This document shows positions 20,301 through 28,700 of a stretch of 64,000 bases of DNA, piece after piece. A program made the position numbers and the translations under genes. The number at the start of each line of letters is the position of its first letter. The stretch's first letter is position 1. The DNA is from an uncultured Flavobacteriales bacterium (GTDB taxonomy: Bacteria > Bacteroidota > Bacteroidia > Flavobacteriales > BACL11), in the NCBI GenBank assembly GCA_943788405.1, contig CALSQD010000002.1, positions 1,133,701-1,197,700 of the forward strand. The letters are read 5' to 3'. The notes under the pieces were generated by a model. It did not search any database. It had not been told where the DNA came from and saw only the letters and a list, made by a program, of their open reading frames with translations.

Positions 20301-22232
20301 TACATATAAAGTACCTAATCCAGCATATAAAGGAACATCTATAGATGAAACTCCTATATCATTAGTAGCAATAAGGTTAAATGCATTACCACCATAGCCA
20401 TTGTTAGGTGTAGCACCAGAAAGTGCATTAGCACCAGAATAACATGGTGTTCCACCAGCAACAGATAAATCAACTGAACCATCATTAGCAATAGGTGAAG
20501 TAGCATCTACAATAAAAGCTGTTAAAGCTAAAGCAGCAGGCTCACCAATAGTTACAGATGCAGTAGCAGTACAACCGTTAATTGAATCAGTAGTAGTACA
20601 AGTATAAGTACCAGCAGCTAAACCAGTTGCAGTAGCAGTAGTTTGTCCATCTGACCATAAATAAGTATCAGAAGTTGCATTTGGTGAAGTTACTGAAACA
20701 GTAGCTGTTCCGTCAGCACCAGCATTACAAGTTGCATCAGTACCAGTAGCAGAAGCTGCATAATAAGTACAAGGATAAACATTAAATACATTAATGTTAT
20801 CTACTCTTACATAATCAGAAACTGAAGCATTGTAAGAAGGTCCGTACTTACAAGCTGCTTCAATAGTTATATAAACTTGAGATTGATTTGCATAAGCAGA
20901 TAAATCATAAGTTAAAGTATTAAGACCAGATAATGTAGAATTGTTGTATGCAGTATTCCCAGCTACATCAGCAAAACCAACAGTATCACCTGCAATTCTT
21001 ACTCTAAACCAGCCATAAGCTGAAGAGTAGTAAGAAGTTAACTCAGCATCTAATGTCATATTAACAATAGCAGCAGAACCACTCATATCAATACAGATAG
21101 TAGCAGAAGAAACATGATCTGGAGAATTTCCAAACGCTTCAGATTCAGTACTATAAGGGAAGTTCCATCCAGTAAAACTTCCACCCGTAAACTCTAAAGA
21201 AACCGTATCAGCTATTGCATTAGCAGTAGTTAAAGCTACTGAAGCTTCAGCACCTGATAAAGTTGTCCAACCATTCCCAGTAAGGTTAGCAGCTTCAAAG
21301 TCATCAGAGAAATCCAATGCATTACACACAGGATAAATACAAGATAAACTATCATTCACATTACAACTAGCACAGTAGTTAGTTGCCAAAGGATCTAAAC
21401 ATCCTGGATACAAACATGAACCGTCATCAAATACAGCCGTAGGGTCATAATTTGTAGCGAACATATCCATGCATCCTGCAGAACATAAAGAGTTTAAATT
21501 AAGGTTCTGAGCATCAGGTGCACCACCAGAAGCAACTACAGTACCTGCAGTGTCTGTTAATGTCCAAGACACTTCATTTTGAAAAGAACCATTATCACAC
21601 GAAAGTGTATAACAACCATCAGGAATACAGAAAGCTTCTGTTCCTGAAGAACCAGACAATAGTGTACCCGTAGCTACAACATTACCTGATAAGTCATACA
21701 AATTCCATACATTACCATTCCATCCATCACCCCATGAGTCGTTCATGTTTAAAGTTAATGCGTTACCCGCACAACCATAAGTACATGATCCGTCATCAAT
21801 TGATGCTAGAGGATCGTAATTAGTTGCAGTAGAATCTGTACAACCAGCTATGCATGTAGCATTGACACTTACATTATCAATACCCAAACTACCAGTTGTA
21901 AGTCCTCCCGAACTATACACGGTTCCAGTTGAATCTATTATTTGGTAAGTACCACCATTCCAACCATCACCCCAAGAGTCATACAACTCTATTGTGTAAC
22001 AGCCATCAGGAGTATTCACCCAATAGTCAACAGGAACACCATTCAACGAATAGTAACCAGCAGTAGTAGAGGCCATTGAAGTACCAGAAGCGTCATTTAA
22101 TGACCAACTGATTTCTCCGGCAAACGAACCTGGGGTTACTTGGACATTTACCCATGTTGCAGACACTGTAGACACTGAAAGTGCTAAAGCCGCAACAAAG
22201 GCAAACATCATTTTACTAAACTTGTTTTCCAT
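14316..22232 (-). CDS. Giant (2638 aa) mosaic cell-surface protein with T9SS type A C-terminal sorting domain
   Basis: Signal peptide. Eight D[ST][WYF]GDGWNG modules, seven E[VI]S[WF] modules and about 19 copies of a GC[TM]D..A.NY[DN]....(D)DGSC mini-motif. Three roughly 175-aa YTEDF...FVDNI modules, one MAM domain and one SprB-like repeat. FN3-like domains near the C-terminus. CTD LDVYPNPSRDIFNVTF...VRIINVVGEVVY...ATYTKGVYFLEITTNNGVVNKKLILQ. Confidence 0.9.
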   Translation of the reverse strand: MENKFSKMMFAFVAALALSVSTVSATWVNVQVTPGSFAGEISWSLNDASGTSMASTTAGYYSLNGVPVDYWVNTPDGCYTIELYDSWGDGWNGGTYQIIDSTGTVYSSGGLTTGSLGIDNVSVNATCIAGCTDSTATNYDPLASIDDGSCTYGCAGNALTLNMNDSWGDGWNGNVWNLYDLSGNVVATGTLLSGSSGTEAFCIPDGCYTLSCDNGSFQNEVSWTLTDTAGTVVASGGAPDAQNLNLNSLCSAGCMDMFATNYDPTAVFDDGSCLYPGCLDPLATNYCASCNVNDSLSCIYPVCNALDFSDDFEAANLTGNGWTTLSGAEASVALTTANAIADTVSLEFTGGSFTGWNFPYSTESEAFGNSPDHVSSATICIDMSGSAAIVNMTLDAELTSYYSSAYGWFRVRIAGDTVGFADVAGNTAYNNSTLSGLNTLTYDLSAYANQSQVYITIEAACKYGPSYNASVSDYVRVDNINVFNVYPCTYYAASATGTDATCNAGADGTATVSVTSPNATSDTYLWSDGQTTATATGLAAGTYTCTTTDSINGCTATASVTIGEPAALALTAFIVDATSPIANDGSVDLSVAGGTPCYSGANALSGATPNNGYGGNAFNLIATNDIGVSSIDVPLYAGLGTLYVYTKSGSAEGHELNASSWTLVATQATMLNVAGTVNVPVSIAMSAGDTTGIYIISDNGMEYTSGNAPAYTSTIATDANLTISNGAGLGTYVAFSGSVFGPPNGARDFAGTINYGTASYTYAWSTGAATEDVSGLGMGPVSCTVTDCNGCTATWSGFVMVNITPGCTDTLASNYNAAANQDDGSCTYPGCTDSVATNYDASANLDDGSCTYTCAYYGYDDEITITYNSDFYADETSWQIINANGDTVAASVPYATGTATYVTTACVNDGCFTIEMQDTWGDGWGYGSGGIMVQNANGDTLIANATVATGNSASDVFGVNSTCIVGCMDPVATNFDPAATIMDSSACVYCTDNMLTLNMYDSWGDGWNGNTWMLQDVILGSAVASGTLTGGSVGSSTFCIPDGCYNITCDFGSFQSEVSWDLVDATGTIIASGGAPFTGALSLNTTCAIGCMDPLANNYDSTAVLADSCAYVGCMDMSAVNYDAGANVMDSTLCIYPGCGTSLPYTEDFSSGMGADLTLGWTVGGSISSVDSTNNGTFSWHGQGDSYVGWNTPYSTGADAFAYSPDHIASGSLCMDLTAYAGQSIMMTFDLRQTFSFNATYSWFRVTDGTNVLLNSAGGDYYSPATADADAWYNVSYDLSALAGTQATIVFESCGKYYDDYYQGGDNSFVDNINIAVAVTPVYGCTDSTASNYNAAANSDDGSCITCGPGYAYVNINCDNGSFQSEVSWNLIDAAGTTVLSGGAPFNLDTCLADGCYTLDMADSYGDGWNGNVFAITEAMSGVSTTATLASGSTGSASLSAASLGCYIYGCTDPLATNYDATANTDDGTCAYPGCADAFPYTEDFETGMAADLSLISNTGSTSSVDSSNSQGVYSWQGQGGTSVGWGSPYATGIDAFTNSPTHIATASLCVDLTSFAPGSTVAMSFDLRQEASFNVTYSWFRVKSDTTVLTSTAGNDYYNPTATCGDAWVNHTYDLSAFAGQSITIDFQSCGKYYDDYYGCGDNSFVDNISIVSAIYGCMDALASNYNPAATASDGSCVYPCHVANGYATGFEDGISQLALTPADWMQNTDDNSGNSASYGNWIHDNLGTGSSFTGPNYSTNYGGTGYAMEGAYYMYVEASGNYNNDISMTSHCFDLSTLSNAQLNFWYNMYDGSANAATSTMSLVVELSSDGGMTWDSTWTASGDQGADWVQAGIDVSAYAATGLTVKITGNTGSTYYSDIVIDAMSLVDGSQVYGCTDSTAYNYDPTATVDDGSCAWWISCSDNLVNFEMFDSFGDGWNGSTYDVSIGGVSVATGGLTSGYFATDTLCLPTGCYDVTVGGGSFLSEVSFNFASLVGAAAGTYTNVSVGGANCGPILGCTDSTATNYDPAATQDDGSCTYCVGTYANISVGGGSYMSEVSWTLTDGAGNTVLTGGAPFSLDTCLADDCYTVDMLDSWGDGWNGSTFDLDGVALGGLLSGSAGSFTFSTGSAACAVLGCTDSTATNYNSAATVDDGSCMYPCTDNEVVFNGYDSWGDGWNGGTYDISTGGASVATGGMTSGSSFSDTLCLPTGCYDVTVGGGSYDSEISFDFGSLVGAAAGTYTDISIGGAVCIVVVNGCTDSLACNYDPLANTDDGSCNTVYGCTDPTAFNYDSTATCSDPASCIAIVYGCTDPTAFNYYAGANVEDGTCCLVAGCTDPTASNYDPTACLDDGSCTIVSTCTSPSPTGAYVNELIHDRARINWDNMNDANCMVEQYRIRYREAGTSSWSSKTMSGSGLCIFGLNTTSKKILGLTPSTTYEYYMKAWYCGGGVSGWSAIQNFTTADECPNVINFAASTPTTTKATFTWDTTAAYSFVRIKLRVDTTGAAWTTAGGFGVFYPALTKDKNGLTPGQPYRASARTWCDPAGGTYRSTGWTSPIFWTQPASIRVDGGTAINNLDVYPNPSRDIFNVTFTSEDAQDLDVRIINVVGEVVYTENLEQFVGEYTKSIDLATYTKGVYFLEITTNNGVVNKKLILQ
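15220..15520 (-). repeat. Four tandem copies of the Cys-bracketed GCTD..A.NYD...DDGSC mini-motif (coding)
   Basis: GCTDSLACNYDPLANTDDGSC / GCTDPTAFNYDSTATCSDPASC / GCTDPTAFNYYAGANVEDGTC / GCTDPTASNYDPTACLDDGSC. Confidence 0.8.
16630..17175 (-). other. MAM domain within the 2638-aa protein
   Basis: GFEDG...DWMQNTDDNSG...WIHDN.GTGSSFTGP...GAYYMYVEASG...SHCFDLS...AQLNFWYNMYDG...LVVELSSDGG.TW...G.QGADWVQAGIDVS...SDIVIDAMSLV. Confidence 0.7.
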
Positions 22233-22718
22233 AATACATGTTTTAATTATTAAAAAGGTTAATTATATGTAAAAAGCCACTATGCTGGGGCACAATGACT
22301 AAGTTACCGAAAATAAAATATGCGAAAAACCCACACCAACAAGGATATGAATTCTGAACCAGTTTAACCTGATAATAATAGCTTTTCGTCATAAAGTTTT
22401 TTTGTTTTTGTCGTAAAACAAGAGTGTAAAAATAATAAAAAATTCTTACAAATCAAATTTCAGAACATTAAACTTTGAGTTATTAACAATCTTTTTTTAA
22501 TAATCCTAAATAAAAAAAGGCCCAAAATTGAATACGATTAAAAATTGCAATTAGTTACAGTCTAAACTCCTAATCTTTAATAAAAGAAATATGACACATT
22601 ATATATATTATACAACTTAACATGCTGAAGGTTCGTAAACCACACTATTAATTCCTAAAAAAGGATTTGTAATAGTTTTTGTATATTTGCAGGTTTAGAA
22701 TAAACCCAAAACGAAAAG

Positions 22719-25700
22719 ATGAAGAAAATTTTACTTAGCTTAATTACTATTTTTTACTTGAATAGCAATACTTACTCTCAAGCACCAAGCAACCTAAATG
22801 TTTCAAGTGTCAATTCTACTGATGCTATAATGAATTGGGACAATAATGGCTGTTCTTCAAATTACATATTGCGCTATAGAGAAAATGGAAACACAACATG
22901 GAATCCTGGTATTTCAATAACAAATACTGGAGGAACTGAAACTTACAATTTAACAGGACTAACCCAGTCGAAAACATATAACTGGAAAGTAAAATGTGGA
23001 GGTACTTGGTCGCTTGGTACAGATTTTACCACTACTTCTTCTTGTAGCAAAACAATCAATCAATCTTTAACCGCATTCTCCCCAAACCCATTAACAGGAT
23101 ACATGCAATGGTCATTCGATACACTCTCAATAACAAACACCTCAATTTGTGACATTAACATTAGGCCTGAATTTATTATTTCACATCAGGATTCTGCAAT
23201 AGAACAAGGAGACTTTACAATAAAGTGGTACAACCCAATTATAGGTAATTGGCCAGACATCCCTTACAGTATCGATATAAATGGAAATGCTTATGGATTT
23301 TGGAGTGCATCATCAGCCGATTCTACTGGAATAAATTTGGGAACAGGAAGTACCCAACAAATGATCATAAAGTTAAGATATACAAATGCCACAAATAACC
23401 CGAACTCTAATCTTGCACCTTTTGGCACCTATACAGCATCATGGGAGATTTTTGAAGTAGATAATTTAGGAACCCAAATTCAATCACTAGCACCAGCAGA
23501 CACTACATTTCTGGATTTAGTAGATTGTTCAATTTTTACTATTGACAGCACAAGTTTCGCAGACAATAATTGCAATGGATCATCAGGGGGAACAGCAAGT
23601 ATTCACACTATTACAAACGGTTCTGGGCAATACACTTACAACTGGAATAATGGACAAATAGGCTCAACAGCTACAAATTTAGTAGCTGGAACTTATTCAT
23701 GCATAGTTACAGATAATAATTGGGGTTGTTCTGATTCAGCAACTTTTATAATAACTGAACCTGCAGTTTTAGGTACAACTTTAACTGGGTCTCATATTAC
23801 TTGTAGTGGGAGTAATGATGGAACTTTAACAGCAACAGCAACAGGGGGTTCTGGTTCTTATAAATTCACATGGTCACCTTCCCTACCCCCGAATCCTACT
23901 CAATCAGGTTTACTCTCAGGACTCTACACATTAACCGTTTTAGATTTAGTTTGCGGAGGAACATCCTCTGCTAACTTTGATATTAATGAGCCTGACCCTT
24001 TACAGGAAACTGCTATTTCAATTGATAATTCCTCTTGTGATACTAATAATTGTAATGGTAGTATTGACCTTTCAATTACAGGAGGAACAACTCCTTATTC
24101 TATTATTTGGTCAAATGGAGATAGTGTTAGTTTGAAATCAGATTTATGTGCCGATAATTATTCAATTACAATTACAGATGCAAATGCTTGTGCTACATTT
24201 ACAGAGAATATTACTTTAGTTGACAACCTAAGCACTCCATCAATAGCTATAACTACAACTAATAATAGCTCATGTGACACTAGTATTTGTAATGGTAGTA
24301 TTTCTATTACTGAAAATCCCGGAGCCACCCCATATTCAATTTTATGGAGCAATGGTAGTTCTTTAAATACGCTTAGCGGACTTTGCGGGAATTCATATTC
24401 ATTTACTATTACAGATACAAATACTTGCTCAATTACAAATACTATCGCAATATATGATAGTGCAACAACTCCTAATATCGGTATAGCTAGCACCTCTATT
24501 TCTTGCAATGGACTTAGTAATGGAACTGCAGAAGCAATGATCCTTTCAGGTGCAGGGGGTGCTGGAAACACCTCAACACTAGTCTACTGTGCTTCTTTAC
24601 CTTTTTTTAATGATAAATCTAATATTGAATTAGTCCGTTTAATTGGGGATGGCGATTCAATAATTAATAATACAGCAACACTTGCTGATCAATATGAGGA
24701 TTACACTGCACAATATACAACACTCAGCCCTAACCAAACCTACAGCTTAGATTTAAGCATGGGTGTTTACAATAATAATACAGGTAGTTCTTGGAGTGCT
24801 GGCGCTAAAGCATTCATTGATTGGAATATTGATGGAGATTTTGATGATGCAGGTGAAGAAATAGGTACTATTTCAAATATAGTAACCTCAACACCAAATC
24901 TTAGCACCTTAACATTTACAGTCCCAAATTATGGAATTTATGGAGCAACAAGGTTAAGAGTAGTTTCACAATATAACAATGATGCGTTCGGACCATGTGA
25001 AGCTGCTGCAGCCCCAACATACACCCCATATTATGGAGCAACTGAAGATTATTCCATAGTTATAAATGGTACAACTCCTGCTACTTACTTATGGTCTACT
25101 GGAGATACAACTTCACAAATCGCAAACTTATCAGCAGGAACATACACCTGTACCGTTACGGATACAAATGGTTGTTTTGCAATAGACAGTGTTAGCATAA
25201 CCGAACCAACAATAATTTCTACTTTAGAAAGTACAACTAATGTGCTTTGTAATGGAGAAAATAATGGAACCGTATCTTTAGCTATTTTAGGAGGAAATGC
25301 ACCCTACACAATAAATTGGGGAACAGCTGATACAAATAATCTTTCAGCAGGAACACATAACTATACAGTTACCGATAATAATGGCTGTACTTTTTCTGAC
25401 TCAATTAATATTAACTCACCAAATGCTTTAAGTAATACCCATACTTCAGTAAATGTAAATTGTAATGGCGCAACTAATGGTAGTATTGACATCACTCCTG
25501 CAGGAGGAGTAAGTCCATACACTTTTTCTTGGGATAATGGCGCAAGCACTGAAGATTTAACGGCTATTTCTGCTGGACAATATATTGTAACAATTACTGA
25601 TGCTAACAACTGTACTTTTAATGACACTATCATAATCACAGAACCTACTTTGCTTTATTCTTCATTTACCCAAACAAATGTCTCCTGTTATGGATTTAAT

Positions 25701-28700
25701 GATGGAAGTGCTACTGTCAGCTTTTTTGGAGGAGTAACTGATTACACTTTATCATGGGATACTTTAACTTATCCTTTAATAGGAGGCTTGTCAGTATTTT
25801 CGACACCAGTAGGTGTTCCAGCTGGCATATACCCATATATGGTAACCGATAATAACGGATGTACACATGCTGACACAATCAACATAACACAACCTGATTC
25901 AATTTACACAACTACAACCTTAATAAATGTAAGTTGTAATGGACTATCAGACGGAACTGCTATTCTAAATATCTTAGGAGGAACATCCCCTTATCTAGAG
26001 AACTGGGGTGCAAGTGATTCCACTGCTTTAAATAGTGGACACCATACTTTTACAATTACAGATGCAAACGGATGTATTGCGAACGACAGTATTCTTATTA
26101 CTGAACCATTAGCGCTCACAGCTAGTGAAAATATTTCAAATGTAAGTTGTAATGGAGGGAATGATGGGAATGTAACAATAATTATCTCAGGAGGTACCTC
26201 ACCTTATCTTGAAAACTGGGGCGGATTTGACTCCACTGCATTAGCAATTGGTTCATATATATACACTGTAACTGATGCAAATGCTTGTACTTACACAAAC
26301 ACTATTTCTATTACAGAACCAAATGCTTTAACTGCAATAGCTACAACTACTGATGTACTTTGTAATGGGGATTCAACAGGTACAGCTACTTTAACTATTA
26401 ATGGTGGGACGCCTAATTATAGTGAAACTTGGAATGGAGCTTCACCATTTAATTTATTAGCAAATATGTATACCTTTACAGTAACTGATGCAAATGGATG
26501 TTCATTCTCTAATTCTGTAATAATTAATGAACCCACCCCACTAATTTCTTCAATTACTCCAACAGATTTAACTTCATGTTTAGTAACTAATGGAAGTATT
26601 GACTTAACCGTTAACGGAGGAGTTGGTTTATATACTTACTTATGGAATAACAATGACACTACTGAAGACATTACAAATCTTTCTGCAGGAAACTATACCG
26701 TTACCATTTCAGATACAAACGGATGTACAACAACAAATAGTGCTAGTGTAAATCAACCTTCAAATGGCTTATCTTTATCATTAATTTCTCCAGATTATAA
26801 TGGATATAACATTTCCTGTTACAATGGGAATAATGGAACAATTACAGCAAATACAACAGGTGGTTTAGGGAATTTAGCATTTGCTTGGTCTACTAATGAC
26901 ACCCTTCAAAATTTAAATAACCTTACTGCTGGAAATTATAGCTTAATGATAACTGACTCAGTCGGATGTTCATTAACCGACAGCATTACTCTAACTGAGC
27001 CGTCCCAATTATCATCAGTTTACACATCAACAGATGCAAGCTGTTTCGGAGTATCTGATGGAGGGGCTATGGTAAACTTCAGTGGAGGAATTCAAGACTA
27101 TACATTAGTTTGGGGGACATACACTTACCCTTTAATTGGAGGAATTTCAACTTTCATTACTCCTATTGGTGTTCCTGCCGGAATCTACCCATATACAGTT
27201 ACTGATATGAACGGATGCTCACATTCAGATACCATTACGATTAATCAGCCAGACAGTTTATACACATCATTAATTATATCTAATTACAATGGAAATAACA
27301 TTTCTTGCAATGGATTTTCTGATGGAAGTATTGAGATTCAAGCAAACGGAGGAACGAATTCTTACACATATTATTTTAATGGAGCGCTTATTACAAACAC
27401 AACTATCTCTGGATTAGTTGCAGGCACTTATACTGATTCTATTATTGACAATAATGGTTGTGTATTTACAGAAACAATTACTTTAACTGAACCTACTCTT
27501 TTAAGTAGCCTACTTTCAACTAGCAATATGAGTTGTAACGGGATATGTGATGGGACTATTACCCCTCAAGTTAATGGCGGCACAGCTACTTATTCTTTCT
27601 TATGGAATAATTCATTTACAACTAGTAATATAGATTCATTATGCTCAGGGACTTATACACTAATTATTACTGATAATAATAGCTGTACATTAACTGATAG
27701 TACCGTTATAACAGAACCTTCAGAAATTGTCATTAGTTTAGATTCATCCGCTAATGTTACATTTTATGGTGGAAATGATGGAGCACTCTTTACCACAACT
27801 TACGGGGGTGTAAACAGCTTCACGCACCTATGGGCAGGACCGGCAGGATTTAGTGCTTCAACTTTAAGTATCAACAACTTAATTGCAGGCACTTATTACC
27901 TAACAACTACCGACAGTACACTTTGTTCAGCTACTGATTCTTTTGAGATAACTCAACCACCATCATTAACTGCATATTTGGACAGTACAATAAGTTTAGA
28001 ATGTAATGGAATTTGTACTGGAGAGCTCTACATTACAGCTGATGGAGGAGATTCTGTTTATACTTATTTATGGTTTGGCCCTAACGGATACACCTCTACT
28101 GATGAAGATATTGACAGTTTATGTGCCGGAACTTATACATTGGAGCTTTCTGATACTACTAATACTGTAACGCTTTACTTTGAGGTGTTAGAACCGACTC
28201 CAGTTACTATTGTTTCTATTGCCGACACAGCTATTTGTTATAAAGGAACTGCTCAAGCTAATGCCTATGTTTATGGAGGAAATTATCCTTATCAAACACT
28301 CTGGAGTAATGGCTCTACAAATACTTCAACAATTTTACCAGCAGGAATTCATTTTGTAAGTATTACGGATGCAAATGGTTGTGTTGCTAATGATTCAGTT
28401 ACAGTACATCAAGCTGATTCTATAAGTATTATTACCTCTGTTATTAATGTAAGTTGTTATGGACTTCAAGATGGAGAAATTACGCTAACAATTACCAATG
28501 GAGGAACAGCACCCTACCAATATTCTGCAAATAATGGTATTAATTATCAACCATCAAATACATTCTACAATTTAGCAGCAGGAACTGCTGATTATCTTGT
28601 AAGTGATGCAAATGGATGTAGTAATACCATTACAGCAATAATTAATCAACCTGAGGAATTAGGTTGTATTATTAACACAACTAATTCAAGTTGTTATGGA

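Noticed and set aside
22243-22392. 50-codon minus-strand ORF (MTKSYYYQVKLVQNSYPCWCGFFAYFIFGNLVIVPQHSGFLHIINLFNN) in the long divergent spacer.
   Set aside because: It has no signal or lipobox logic, its composition reflects AT-rich sequence, and it would overlap the likely promoter or leader of the giant gene. It cannot be supported without conservation data.
22245-22505. Imperfect inverted repeat (attattaaaaag versus ctttttttaataat) that could flank an invertible promoter.
   Set aside because: It is only about 12 matching A/T bases with a 2-nt length mismatch in an AT-rich spacer, and no invertase or recombinase gene is nearby. It is within chance expectation.
22625-22650. GGTTCGTAAACC resembling a tRNA T-loop.
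   Set aside because: The flanking bases do not form a T-stem, and no acceptor or anticodon arms can be drawn. It is not a tRNA or a tRNA fragment that I can support.
24158-24571. 137-aa antisense ORF inside the 2204-aa gene. Similar antisense ORFs occur at 25361-25639, 19431-19700, 15920-16153 and 2030-2504.
   Set aside because: They lie opposite long repeat-coding regions whose biased codon content suppresses stops on the other strand. The translations are low-complexity and have no recognisable motifs or signals.
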